Of a stretch of 64,000 bases of DNA, positions 12,830-26,338 are shown one piece after another. A program made the position numbers and the translations under genes. Positions within the stretch are counted from its first letter, which is position 1, and the number at the start of each line of letters is the position of its first letter. Source of the DNA: Tubulanus polymorphus (lineage: Eukaryota > Animalia > Nemertea). Location: NCBI RefSeq assembly GCF_964204645.1, contig NC_134033.1, forward strand, positions 9,928,655 to 9,992,654. Reading direction: 5' to 3'. Under the pieces are notes generated by a model. It did not search any database. It worked only from the letters and a program-made list of their open reading frames with translations, and was not told the origin of the DNA.

Positions 12830-13110
12830 GCTACTTTTCCAGAAGTACACATTTCAAAACAGTCACTCTGAAATAGTATTCCTTTCAATTCGGTTGGTTT
12901 TCTATAGTGGCTGTTTCGAAGAGTCTACTATTGAAAAGTGACCATTTTGAAACATCTGGTTTCGATAGTGCACACTAGCAGTAGAGGTAACTGTAAAACC
13001 ACCCGCCTGTTAACAGTGACTTTGTGATAGTAACTCTTACCATAGCAGCTTCTCTCAAAACACATCGTTTCTAAAAGTCAACTATCGAAAAGTGACCATT
13101 TTGAGATGGC
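12830..13110. repeat. Degenerate minisatellite-like repeat cluster
   Basis: Recurring GAAAAGTGACCATTTTGA / TTTCGATAGTG-type units. Confidence 0.4.
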
Positions 13111-15889
13111 ATGGTTATTTCCTGTTCAAAATAGCAGCATCTGTTAAAGATTTGCAGTGATACTTGACAGGTTCAAAGGTACTGTTAAACCCTATATGCT
13201 TTGTATACAGAACTCTGTATGCTTTGAATACAGTTCTGTGAATAGAAAACGAAAGTTTTTGAGATGCTAAGAATCCCCTTAATTATATTACCCTCAACAA
13301 AATGGAAAACTATTGATTCATATAACATCATCATGGATTAAATCCATTAATACTAAAATATAGTGCCAGTCCTAGAATTCTTAGAATTTTAAGATTTTTG
13401 TTTTACATTTGCAATTATAAAACATTCTGGTGCGTTCATTAATCTTTGATTTTGTAGAAAAGAAAGACAAAAAAATAAATTTGTCTTTTAGGCTTTATTT
13501 GTTTTAAGGGTATATGAGAGAGAAATATACAAATAAAATCATATGTTAAAAAAATGAATTACGAAAAAAATTTATCTAAAATACTTAGAATTAACCTTGA
13601 ATTTATTGTTTATTTCAATACAAACGATTTTTAAGTAATCCATGTGATGTTCACTTTGTCACGCTGTTCTCTGCTTCTTCGTTAATGAATATTGAATCGT
13701 TTTATCGCTCGCTAGAAGTGATACCATAATCAAAATCTTATTTCGTAGTTATACAGTTTGGTTGAAATGAAATTACCAACTTATTATAAAAGATCAAACG
13801 ATTAGCGTATAAAAGTGCAGTGTTGAGATGTTAATTTTGAAGTCAGCAATTTCATTTGATAGAGAAAACTTCTTTTGGCTTAAGATGTGAAAGAAATGCA
13901 ATAAGCTGTAATTCTAGTTTTACACACTTTCCTACTTTGTAAAGTAAATTGTTTATATAGGTTATCAAAAACCCAGCAGCAGCTCTGTTCAGCAGGTCAA
14001 TTACACTGGCTAACTGGACAGTGATTGATGAATGAATGAACAAACTGCACTGACCACCAAAAGACCACAAACCAAAAGTAACTACCTCTTAATATTAATA
14101 AACTTAGCAGCACAATATTTCTATGAAACTTTATTTCAAGGTGCCAATATAATAACATGCCAACATGTACGGAGTTTGAACTTCGCTGAATCGATGAACC
14201 AATGAATCGCTGAATTATGAGATAATTATCAGTTTTCTCCAACTCAACTTTTTTTCTCAAATTATCGTAAACCAACATTACCAATACTTGAATTTGGGAG
14301 TGAATGCAGGCTAGAACCAACAAAGGTACCGGTTTAAGGTGCAGATATACAGGGAATCCCTCTCATAGCGACCAACACGGTAGTATATCCCTTCTTTGCC
14401 GATTAGAAGTCCCTTAGATGAGTAGTCCCGTTTCAAGAAAACATAATTTATAACAGTAAATATTTCTGTATCCATTGAAATTGTCATTTTCATGTAACAA
14501 AAAATATATGAGTTTATGTCTCGGCTGAACTTGTCAGAATTGAACAGATTAAGCAAAAATATATTTCGAAATTGGTTTTTCTATATGGTGCGCAAAGTTG
14601 AAAGCCTTGGGTTTCATATTTTTTGAGAAATTTACCAAAAAGTTTCAAAATTTCGATTTATTTGAGCACGTTTTTTTATGCAGCATCTTTAATTGTCCGA
14701 AATAACATGTGAAAATTCAATGCTATTTGCGTGGGAAGAACTTTATATTGCCAAGATCCGACGCTTGGTTCGGTAGTTATGGTCTTTCAAAGACGAAACC
14801 CCTCAATATCTTGGTTCTATAAAATTTGTGTTGACCCGGTTGTGACTTCCATCATGACGTCATAACATTGAACGAGGTGGATCAGCTGGTGCGCGTTATT
14901 TCACAAACAAAATGGCGGAACGATTGAATAGGTTGATATTCATCATTTCTAGTGTGAATACTGATATTCAAGGCGTATGATATAACGATTTATTGCGTGC
15001 GATGTGTTCAATGATTCATCTAGTTTTGATATCCTGTGCATAAGGTTATGTTCCATCAAGACATCTGACGATAATGTGGTTTCAAAATGCGGAAATTTAC
15101 TTCCGTGTTGCCACATGGCTGATGCACTGATAGAATCAATTTTTTAGAGATGAGTCTGATATTTACACCACTGGAATATGTACTTGTTTTATCATCATTA
15201 ATTGAAGTCATTTTATTAACGTTCGCATTAGCGATCCGTTTTGGAGCCTGATTATTTGTATTAGTTTGTTAACTGGGGCACAGTGGAGCATTCGCGTTGA
15301 AAACAGTCGTTTACAGTCGCGTAGGCAAGATAGCCTTATACTCTCGTGTTCACCGCGTGTATGTATCGGTTATAGAGTACGAGCGCCACGGTGTAGGTCG
15401 CGCGTAACAACGATTTGTCTGAGTGAAGATGTAAGCTACTTAAAGCAATCCTATCGTGAAATCATTAAAAATCATGTTAGACGATAAACTTTGTTTCGTC
15501 AGTAACCGACACTGACTGGCCTCAAATTTGAAGAACTTGGGAGCTTCTGTCCTGATAAAAATGATAAAACCTCCCATAAAACCCAGGCTCTCACCAAGTT
15601 TGTACCGTATCTTATAGGGTCACTCATAGTTTTAAGTTGTTCAACATCATTCAAGGGATGTATTACAATTATGAACATTTGTTCAGACAAAAGGCCCATA
15701 ATCAATTTTTCGAAGATTTCATTCTTGTTAAAAGTCAGATATCTTTAAAAGTTCAGACTGATCAAAATTGAGTCATTTTTATATATATTTTTCTTGTTTA
15801 ATTTTCAATGAAATGATTTTTTGCATACCGGTAGCCTACGTGACAGATTTTTACTTCACACCAGTTTGGCGAGCCACTGGACCATTATA

Positions 15890-16315
15890 TTCATGCTCAA
15901 ATGGTAGTATTTTAACTGTGGAAATGACATGAAAAATAAACACATAGCTTTTCAAGGTCACGCCTGCAAAATTTGGGCCTACGATATTTGGATCCCGCTA
16001 CTAGTGACCAACCCAGGCTATCTTAAAAAAAATTCACGAAAATTTCTTGTTATGCCTTGGCTGAACTTGTCAGACCAATAAGTTATTCAATCATCCTTTT
16101 TTATATACATGCTCAAATGGTAGAATTTAAACTGTGGAAATGACATAAAGAAATATAAAATAAATGCATAGTAGTTGCTATAGCATAAATAAATGCATAG
16201 TAGTTGCTATAGCAACGATTTTCAAAGTTACGTCAGCAAAATTTGGACCAGTGATATTTGGATCCTGATACTAGAGATCAGGGCTACCTGCAGAAAAAAA
16301 TTCATGAAAATGTCT
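15890..16315 (+). repeat. Diverged direct duplication (~200 bp unit)
   Basis: CATGCTCAAATGGTAG..TTTAACTGTGGAAATGACAT...GCAAAATTTGG...GATATTTGGATCC...AAAAATTCA occurs twice (~15892 and ~16108). Confidence 0.6.
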
Positions 16316-18059
16316 TTCCACTCATGGACCAGCTATTTAATTCAGTGATCATATTGCATCATATTGAGAAGAGAAGTCAGTAGCATACTTCATGTTGTCT
16401 TCCTGTCTCTGCACTCCGCTGCCATGCAGTTGTTTGCTTTTATAAGTCCAGGAAGCAAGATCTTGACCAAAGAAATTCATATTAGCTTTTTCGCGAAATC
16501 TGAACGCAAAATATCGCTTTTAAAAAAGCAAATCAGAAAGCCAAAGACTCCTCTATGATTGGCATTAGCCATAGAAATCAGCAGGTGTTCACTACTAGTT
16601 TTCTTACAGGTTTTATTTTAAGATTTAAAATTGTATTTCAAGATTGATTTCTGTGAAAGTTTTTGGTTGATTTGGATTTTGTGAGGAATATTTTTATTGA
16701 GGATTATGCAAGTCCGGGAAAAAAAGCTTTTTCTCAAATTGAATAGATGACCTTGATACGTTAATTAGCCATGTGCTCACGATCTGCATATTCAATCATA
16801 TTTTATTGTGCAAAAGAAATATCGAATCCAATTCAATTTTTGTGGTCGGGTTGCACCTCATTTTCCCACTTTTCTCTGTTATTTGACACAAGGTAGCTTT
16901 GTAACTTGCTCAGTCAGTCTGAAATTTGTTGCGCTTTCCTGAGTTTGTTAAAAGAAAGAACGAATTTATATCTGAAAGAAGAAATCGAAGGAATTTTGTA
17001 CAAAAATTATTATTTTCCCGCCTGATGTCATATCGGGATATCCCTTGACTTTTGTGCACCGATATGGCTGCGGTGATTGGCCTTTCTAAAAAAAGTAATT
17101 CTTACTCATTGAGGTGTGCCGCTTCTTGTTGTATTGCATACTATAGGACTAAAAAACATTTTTTGGTATAACATTTTCGTATATTTGGTTATGATATGAG
17201 GCCTGGGCAAGGACATGAAACCAGCACTTCTCATGCATGTAAACAGCTAAGTTTTGCCTTCCGAAAACTGGTTCATCATGTATCACATGAGTAATACAGT
17301 TTTTCGATCCTCAATTCATAAGTTAAGAACTAAATGAAATTAACTGTTTTCATCTGATTTACTCTAACTAAAATTCAGAGAAAGATGAGAAAGATTAATA
17401 AGCATCTTGTAACGGGGCTGAAAATTCTATGTTGATTCGCGGCGTAGTTTGCAATATTTAGTGCGGAGCTGTCATGATAGCACCCTCGTTTTAGTAACAA
17501 GTGTAGCTCACCAAAATCAACGAAACCGTTAATCTTTAGATAAAGGATAATCTATTGATAGAAAAAGATTCATTTGAAAATATTTGAACTAAAATTGATT
17601 ATCCATAAGCCTGGGGTCCTGCCTCTGTGCGGGTATCATCTCGTTGACCCCACGTCATACTTGCACTACTATATGATATAAAGGTACATTGATGAGACGA
17701 TTACGCAACAGAGTAGCTACGGATTGGCGTGGTTACTACGAGGGAACGTAGACTGTAGAAGGTACAACTTTCGTTTTCACGTGGCAGTGGCCTGGTGTGA
17801 GGTGTGTAGTTAGTAACGGTCACCAGGGAAGTGATATACAATTCCGTGCTGTCACTGAATGTCTTCGCTCGAAATTGTTTCTAAACCGACCACAAAGATA
17901 TATTCTTTCTAGTACTTTAACGAATGAAACAGACGAGTGTAGGAATTAGGTCCTCTTTATTAGTATCTTTTAACTATGTATGATGTGGGTATATAATCAG
18001 TGTTTCTATTCATTTTTATCTAATGTTTCAAGCCTAATGATACGTCTTCTATTTGACAG

Positions 18060-18206
18060 GCTGCTTGGAACATCGAACATGAACCAGTACAGGATAATTG
18101 GCCTGAATCGGGGAAAGTGCAAATTGATTGTTATAGTGTTAGATATCGGAAAGGATTAGATTTAGTTTTGGATGGAATAACTTGCCATATTCTAGCAGGT
18201 GAAAAG
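18060..18206 (+). CDS. ABCC1: ABCC1/MRP1-like exon (NBD2 start)
   Basis: ttgacAG|...|GTaa; AAWNIEHEPVQDNWPESGKVQIDCYSVRYRKGLDLVLDGITCHILAGEK; 147 nt, in frame with previous exon. Confidence 0.95.
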
Positions 18207-19599
18207 GTAATTGACCTATATTTTCATAGATTTTTTTCTCTGCAAAAAAAACCACAAAGTCTTCCTTATGGCTCTAGAGCTTGTCCAATAATAATTTGTT
18301 CAAAAAATTCATGTCTTGATAGTCGTCTTTTTACCCTACACTTAATTGTGTGATAAGCTACATTTAAAGAAAAATGAAGTGATATAAGAGATTAAATTAC
18401 GAAACTTCCAACTGTTACTGTTATTATGTCATCCATGTAGGGCAGGGTGACATTCTATTTTACTTAATGTGCACTATGTGTTTTTTCCCACATCAGTGCT
18501 CTGCACATTTCATATAAAGTGCGATTTTCTCGAACATAGGTAATTATGTGCTCAGACCATGGATGGCACCAAAATGAGCCTCTGATCCTCGTTCTTCCAA
18601 GGTGGCCATGACTGTCAATAGCTTTGGCGATGTAGTCATGAATACGCGCATTTTTCATAGGCAGTTAGAATTTTTTTGAATGAAATAGACTTCAAAATGG
18701 ACTTTTACATTATTAACTTTGTTGTCCGTCCGTCTGTCCGCAGTGGTTTCCGTGAACTAGCACCTAAACCCTTTGACAGATTTTATTCAGATTCAACTGT
18801 TGTGTTGTACTATATGAGGTTAGTAACTGAAATTTCAATGTTCAACGCCACCTAGTGAAAAATGAATAGCAAATACGTGAGTCTGATTGACCAATATTTT
18901 TCATGATGATGAGTGGGATAGGGACCAGATGCAAAAACATCCTAATACGATTAATTGAAAAATAATCAAAATTTTGAAGCTTAAGAATGTGTAAAATGTG
19001 CTGGTTTTGGCAAACAACATTGGGCATTTTTGGTTTGCAAACGTGTCATATAGATGTATAAACCAAATATCAAGACAAAGTTTCTTCAAAACATCCCAAG
19101 TAACTGGATTCATCTACAGATGGACGCAAGACAGATAAAAAGTGAACGCAATTGTTGCTGGGGAGTGGGCTAAAATCAAAGTAGTCAACCTCGGTTAATC
19201 CATCCCCGTTATATTCCGTATAAATAAATTGGTCCCGTTTTTAAGTAATGTATCCCCCTTTAAAATTCTGTGTCGTATTTGTTTTTCAAGTTTTGGGCTT
19301 ACGCTACCAAATATCAAATATCAACACAATCCATTAAAAATTCTTCAAAACTCCAAAAATAACTGGAAAAACCAATTAGTACACATTCAAAGGGGTGACT
19401 GTTTAAAACTGTCAATTTTTCTGACCAGGTGCCCTTTTTGAATCACAGACAAAAATTACACCTGTGATGAAAGTCCATGATATATGCACCATGACTAGTG
19501 CCTTTTTCGTGGGCTGAACCCTACCAGCTTGGATCCACCCCTCCAAACCAACAACAACAAATGAACGCCAGCTGCTCTAAGTTAAATTGATGTACTTAC

Positions 19600-20598
19600 G
19601 TATTAGTAAGCTCACCCGGTTTGGGTCCAATTTTTTGTCTTCATGATAGATTTTCATGGCATCACATCCGGTCAACGTTTTTTCAAGAAGTTCGTCATCT
19701 GTGAATAATGCCGACAACAGCATGCATGCCATACGCCCAACGGTATTTGGTTTTCCAACTAATCGGCGTATGGCAGCAGCTGTTGCATTGTCCAGGAGAG
19801 AGTAGGCATCCTAAAATGAGAATAATTTACATTGCATATGGTATTATCTTTACTAAAGCTATTTCGATGCTTACAAAATCTATTATGTAAATACCTGTAG
19901 TAATCCGAGATCATTTGGATCGGCTTCCATATCATGCTGTTGTGTTTGATGCTGTTGTTCATGTTGTGGTGGTTGTGGCTGTTGTTGCTCTTGTGGTTGT
20001 TGTTGCTGTTGTTGCACTTGTGGTTGTTTTTGCTGTTGTTGTGGTAGTTGCTGTGGTAGTAGTTGCTGTTGTGATGGTAGCTGATGTTGTGGTGGTAGTT
20101 GCTGTTGTGGTGGTTGTTGCTGTTGTGGTGGTAGTTGCTGTTGTGGTGGTGGTGGTGGTTGTTGATCATTTTTATCATTTTCATTTGCTGAAAAAGCAAA
20201 AAACAAGTGTCATTCAATGTCACTGAAAATGCAGATCTAATCCATGGAGCAGAAAGACATACCTTGTTTCCTCAGGTTTTCATTTGTAATCTGTTTGATT
20301 TGAATAGGCAAATCTGAAATTAATTTAAAATACCCTGCTCATGATTCCTGTCTCGTTTAATTTCATTCACAAATTGAAACATTTTCTGCTGCCTAACATT
20401 AAATCGTATCAAAACCATTTAAGATTTTTACAAAATAAACATACCAGTTTGTAACTGCATATTGAGGGCAAGCAGTTTTTTATTCCTTTCCCGGCTCTCC
20501 CTCAACTCAAGTCGAAGGGACTTGATGGCATTTTCGTAATGCTGACAATCCGGGCAGTTATATTCTGATTCAGAAGATGAAACATCATTCTTCTGTTT
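19600..20598 (-). CDS. Spliced coiled-coil/polyQ/BEN-domain-like protein (partial), antisense in ABCC intron
   Basis: Exons 20598-20445, 20313-20263, 20187-19895, 19810-19600 join in frame with canonical GT/AG; CPDC + coiled coil, Q/P tract, then MACMLLSALFTDDELLEKTLTG...KKLDPNRV (BEN-like). Confidence 0.7.
19935..20163 (-). repeat. Imperfect (CAR/CCA)n trinucleotide tract encoding poly-Gln/Pro
   Basis: TGT/TGC/TGG triplet run on + strand, within a spliced exon. Confidence 0.9.
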
Positions 20599-21101
20599 CT
20601 ATAATGAAAAAGATAATAAACTTTAGGCTGAAAAAATAGTTTCTCCGTCAGCTGAGCTTTAAAGTTGACCCGACCGCCTATCTACATTGCTGTACATTGC
20701 TTTTTTTAAAGTCGTGATCAATTTTACAGCATAATTTAACATTTTTAAAGTCGTGATCAATTTTACAGCATAATTTAACATTCAACTCCCCTGGTGGCGA
20801 GAACAAAAAATGTGTCACCACGCGCGGAAATAAATCCAATGACAGTGTAACAATTAAGCTAGCAGACGAGTATATCTTTTCGCCCGATCGCGATTATTGA
20901 ATTCATGATATCAACAATGCATATTACATGATATCAACAATGCATCCCATTGGTTGATAAAAAGCAATCAGTCGGCGGAATTCACAATCAGATTGCCAGC
21001 GTAAATAATGGACCGAAAATATAAAACAGGGCAATTCACCGGAAGATTGAGTCGACCAATGAAATCTTCGTCGTCGGGAATGGCCACAAGGCTGAATTTT
21101 C

Positions 21102-21584
21102 CAGTAATTTTCTAAAAGCGGAGTGCGGAGCAGAGCGGATTCAGGGAGCGGAGTGCGGAATAGCGTGTCTTGACTTTGTTATATGAAATATCTTTCACTT
21201 ACATTCGCTTCAAATTTTCAAAACTTTCTTGGGGGAGGACCCAAACCCCTGCAGCTAGTTCCGCCTGATATCTAAATTCGCACCAACCCGAAATAGAGGC
21301 TACGTACGGGCCTGATTATTGTAGTCATTGTAAACGAACGTCGATGGCGCGTATTATGAGGTGAGCCACGTAGAGGATTCGGTCATAAATACTGTCGCGT
21401 TGAAATTAATACATTTCTATCAAATGATATTTCAACAATATATTTTCGATGATAACGATTTGTAAATGGCGGGACGTGATTGCTGTACGACGTACTAAAG
21501 GCCTAACGCTCTGCTCAGCAAATACTCGAGACAAGCTATTCCACGCTCTGCCCCCTGAATCTGCTCCGCTTTTAGAAGGTTACC
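21102..21584. mobile_element. hAT-like MITE
   Basis: ~50-bp imperfect TIRs (CAGTAATTTTCTAAAAGCGGAG...); GAATTTTC at 21094-21101 and 21585-21592 as likely 8-bp TSD. Confidence 0.65.
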
Positions 21585-21599
21585 GAATTTTCCTGGGGA

Positions 21600-21724
21600 T
21601 TTATGAATTCGATGAAAAGTTATAACTTAAGTCCCAACTGGGTGTGTAGTTTGTCAAAGTACACGTGTAGATCCAAAAATACACGTGTAATTCTGGAAAT
21701 ACACGTGTACCATTTTCGTAAGGG
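21600..21724. mobile_element. Probable CACTA/EnSpm (CCC-type) terminus
   Basis: Ends TTTTCGTAAGGG (reverse CCCTTACGAAAA) with three subterminal TACACGTGTA palindromes; truncates the adjacent LINE; partner end not found. Confidence 0.45.
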
Positions 21725-21726
21725 TT

Positions 21727-23050
21727 ATCTTGAAAAACGCATGTTTTCATAACAGCATGACTGTAGGGTTTCCCAATCCAGTCCATGAAGCATGTCAGAC
21801 TCACTGCTGGTGTTGTGATATCTGTTAATTACAAGTTGTGCCACCCTCCGTTGGACCATTTTGACTCAGTTGGCGAGTGATGCGTGGTGGGGTTCCAGAT
21901 GGTATCCCGTATTCAAGGTTTCAACAAACTAGAGAAATACAGGCTTTGGTTTCGTATCTCTTCTGGCATTCCGTAGACTGAAATCAAGCATGTTTGACGC
22001 CTTCTCTGATATGCTCGATATTGGATTTTCACAAGAATTCAGTTTGGGGGTCCACTCCTAGGTATGTTGTGGTCTTTTCAAGGTTCAATTTGACATCTTT
22101 TAGGGTTAAGTCGGCTTGTTTGAGTTTTTTGGATCATGTGACTTGCTGAATGCTGCATTTCATCATGTGAAATTACATCCCCCAGGTTCATTCCTACTTA
22201 GCTAGTTGTTCCAGATCATCCCGTAGGAGCTGTTGGTCAATTTTGGACCTGATCTGAAGATATAGGATGCAATCATCAGCAAAAAGGCGTGTCCGTCAAT
22301 GTAGTCCTTCTGGGAGGTCGCTGATAAAGATGAGGATCAACAGAGTGCCCAATACAGACCCTTGGGGACTACTGGTCCTTCATCAGAACACTGCCCGTGG
22401 ACCAATACTCTGGGTCCTGTCGCATTGAGGAAATCCATTGCAGAGTTAGGCCTTGGTGCCGTAGTGGTCTATCTTCTTGAGTAGCCGCTGATAAGGCATG
22501 TGGTTGAAGGCTTTACTAAAGTCGAGGATGATCATGTCAGTTTGGATCCTTTGTTCTAGTGATAATGCCAACTTGAGCACGAGAATTAGTAGCTGGGTTT
22601 CACAGCTCCTCTCTGCCCTGAATCAATGTTGGCAATCATGATGGATGTTTTGTTCACCAAGGTTCTTCAGCACTTGGCACACAATCACATGCTCTAGTGC
22701 CTTGCAGCTAAGGCATGTCAGCGAAACCAGTCTGTAGTTGAATGGGCATTGCTTTTCAGCCTTCTTATAGATAGCTGTCATGTTGGCTCGTTTCCAGTCA
22801 TCTGGAACCTTGCTTTCCTAGAGGAATTACTTAAATAACCTGGTCATGATTGATGCTGTATCCTCAGCACAATCCTTCAAGGTCCATCCGGATGTAAGAT
22901 CCAGGCCAGGGGCCTTCTTAGGATTTATGTTCCGAAGTAACTTCAGGACACCTTCTTTGTTGTCATTGATCGTGTCCATGGCTGGCAAGGGTGTTCCGTT
23001 GGGACTAGGGACATTGTCTCCTGCTTCTTTTGTGAAGACAGACAATTTCA
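21727..23050 (-). mobile_element. CR1-group LINE reverse-transcriptase remnant
   Basis: KAPG.D, PDDWKRAN, NYRLVSLT, LDFSKAF, VPQGSVLG, LFADDC motifs with stops and frameshifts. Confidence 0.85.
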
Positions 23051-24289
23051 ATTTCTTTTGTATTTCTTTATGAACATGACAGATCTGGGCGCTATCTTCA
23101 AATCCAAGTAACTTTGGATGCAATTCAAGTGGCTAAAAGGACACTATTGTGGTGGCCCACCCCATCGAATCTCATCAAATGAAAGCCTTGACTATTTACT
23201 CCAAAATAAGATGAACTTGTAATGCATGGAAATAAACAGTAAATGAGCTATTTGGTATCGTGATGATCATGGATTTTCCTTGGAATTTTCTGAGGAATAA
23301 TTGGCACTACATTGTGAAATTCCTGAGTGCTAATGGGTTAAACAGCCTATGTGTGTTATGATTTTGCCTATATTATTTGGATTTTATTATTTGATTTGCA
23401 TAATTTCAGTTTGTCAGAACGACACTGCACAAGGTTTCTGCTTGTCTGTACTCAAGCTTGTTTCCTCGGAACTGCTTTGAAAACGTTATTCCAACAGCAT
23501 AATCATATTTCTGCTTATATCCCCTGTACCAGATGCAATCGTCGACCAGATGTCATGTGTATATTGAAGAATTATTTTTAGATCGCACAATTGAAAAAAG
23601 TTGAACTCAGAATAATTCAATTTTCCACCTATCGCCATAGAAACGGTTTATCTTATTTGAGGTGGTTTTGTGCTTAATAGAATAACGGTTTTGCATTTGT
23701 AAGTAAGTGTAGGTGAGGCAAAATTGTTTTTAATGGTTTACCTTTGTTAGCGATAATGAAGTTGGCATTGAGCCAATGATGTTAAATTGCAGTACATTTT
23801 TATGGAATTTCGCTTTAGCAAAGTCCATTTTGCTATTGCATATGAAACTTTCTTCCTTAAGTACAAAATAACTTCCGCATAAAGCTGAGTTTCAAAACCT
23901 TCAATTCACTCATAAACTCTCTAACCCTGTTGAATTTCATTAGAATTTGTTGCTTATTTATCAATTGATTTATTTATTTGTTGTTGAAACTACATTTTGT
24001 TTCAGAAGAATACATGCGCTGTCACTTATATTCATGCTTCACACACATGCTCATCTCAGACTTGGTGCTATGAGGTGTTTGATCTGTGCATGTAATGAAA
24101 AGCGTGCCTCGAGTGTGGCCTAGTTAAAGTCTTGGGCTGTCAGAGCAGTGAATAGCAGTGAATTGAAAAAATGGTTTATGGCTGTGAAAAGCAGTATTTG
24201 GGGAAGTTGGCAGTGAATCTTGGATATTGTTCAATTTACAAAAATAGATGTCTCTCATTATGAGAATATTTATTTACTGAGAAGCGTAA

Positions 24290-24512
24290 AAAGTTTATAG
24301 CTGAATTGGTGTAAACGTCTTCTTTATTTAAGAGGCTATACAAATTAAAAAACCTAACCTATTGCCTTTCCTTATGTGGACCATAATATCCAAAAAACTT
24401 TTGAAAACCATAAATAAATTGCAAAAGAAAGCTATCCAAGCTTTAGATGGTGCCAAATTTAATACACCTACATCTCTCATTTTCCAGAAATATAGAATAC
24501 TAAAATTCGAAG
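24290..24512 (+). mobile_element. L2/Crack/Daphne-type LINE ORF2 3' fragment
   Basis: LQKKAIQALDGAKFNTPTSLIFQKYRILKF, typical post-RT segment, followed by an (ATT)n tract. Confidence 0.6.
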
Positions 24513-25384
24513 CCATTATTATTAGAATTATTATTATTATCATTGTTATCATTATCATTAATCCTTTTTTTCAAGGGGCCTGACGTCCCAGTGATTGCAC
24601 AGCCTTTAAGGGTCTGATTAGGTCCCTATCATCAATCTACTTATTCGTTATGCATTTCATTTGTAATTATGTTTAATTGATGATGAAATGAATTACATTA
24701 ACAAATTTCACACAGTGTAGCATAATTGTTCAGCATCCAGGTCTACACCATGCTCCTGGAGAGTGTCTATTTGAGTCATTGGGGAAGACCCACTACCATG
24801 TTTATTCACGATGAATCATCATGCAGCTGTGTGTCATTACTACATATAAAGGGCTTCATGGAGATTGTGTCAATATAAAACGGCATATCTTAAAGAATTG
24901 CTGCAGTTGGCAGTTAATTTGGCATAGCATGGGCAGCGGATGGCATTAAATTTGGGTCAGCAGTGGCACAATGAACTCTGATCTATGCTCCACCGTTGTT
25001 AACAATAACGGCAAGCGCATATTCTAAATCTTGAAAATAAGGAGTAGGCCTAAAAACGAAATCTTGATAAATTATAAATGCTTAAACTCTTAAGAGTATA
25101 TTTACTGACATTTAATTTTGATACTCCATTAAAATGCACCATCGTGTAAATTTAGGAAATTCCATATTATATAAGATTTCTTGTTTTTTTATGTGAGCAC
25201 TTGTCTCATTGGTATGTTGCCTAAATGTCAATTGAGTACTGGCTTGGGTTTGTCTTTGCGTAAGCCCAAAAAAAATGTTTGCGACTAACTCTGTCAAAAG
25301 GGTAGTGCCGAACGAAAATATTTTAAAATTCAGTTCAATCTCCAATTATGGAGAGACTAGTTCAATAGTATTTTGAATCATATA

Positions 25385-26161
25385 CAGGGTGTCTCAAAAA
25401 ATGTGTTACCATAGCTTAAAGATTAATTATACATTAACTATAATTGAAATAAGATTTTTTGGGGGGTAGGGTGGTAGACCTGGATGTTTTTACTCGAGGA
25501 TGGAACGTTTAAATGAAAGAATAGCATGGATGAGAATACCATGTTTTTGAATGGTCCTTAAAATGGAGTCAAACCAATACTAGAAATAAGGATTATTGCA
25601 TTATATACGCTTATTGATAAATGTTCCGCTTTCACTTAATTTGAGACCAGACAATTAAATCAACGGAAGCAGATTTCTACTTGATAAAATTGTTGGTACT
25701 CATGACTAATTAAGGCTCTCCTGGACTTGTTCAATATCATTTCTATTTTACCAATGCACAGTTAAGATTAATGTTGAATTTTGATACATCAGATTCAGTA
25801 TTTCTCAAAATCTGTGACTTTCTGCACATTAAGTCCTTGATTCCTTCTGATGGTCTATTGAATTACTAAGTCTTTACATTTCCCGATAGGAAAAAACATC
25901 ACAAGGAGTGAAATTTTAAATCAATTTTCCAACAGGCAGGTGGTCATTTAACAATAGACATACACAATGGAACAATCCGCAAATTTGGTTCGACAGCATT
26001 TTAATGTTGATTCATAAACCTGCTAGTGCTCAGCCATGCATGACTTATTCATTCTCAAGTAAACATCTAGGTCTACCAACTTTACCCCCAAAAAATAATT
26101 TCAAACAGGTTATGAATTAGTAACCTTAAGGTAAAGGTTACATATTTTCTGAGACTCCCTG
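25385..26161. mobile_element. Tc1/mariner-type MITE
   Basis: TA-CAGGGTGTCTCAAAAAATGTG ... CATATTTTCTGAGACTCCCTG-TA; additional inner inverted similarity. Confidence 0.8.
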
Positions 26162-26179
26162 TATAAATTATTTTCATTA

Positions 26180-26338
26180 TGGGATCATTCATTTATTACG
26201 TACGCATAAAATTTGAATTTTTCAACCCCCCTCCCCCTCTGTACGCAAAATCGGCCATTCTCTCATATACATTAAGCATTGCAGTAAGCATTTGCACTGA
26301 CCCATCCCTTAATGCGTACATAATAAATGAATGACCCC
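26180..26338. mobile_element. Harbinger/ISL2EU-like MITE
   Basis: GGGATCATTCATTTATTACGTACGCA / TGCGTACATAATAAATGAATGACCCC inverted termini. Confidence 0.7.

Noticed and set aside
12830-13110. CRISPR-like repeat array
   Set aside because: Units are degenerate and irregularly spaced; eukaryotic context with no cas genes
14330-17420. Additional DNA-transposon bodies (TTAA-GGTGC start; segment similar to 27903-28000)
   Set aside because: Repeat-like, but paired termini and TSDs could not be established
19759-20226. Val-rich (+) and Asn/His-rich (-) ORFs
   Set aside because: Alternative frames of the trinucleotide tract; only the Gln/Pro frame fits the splice phases
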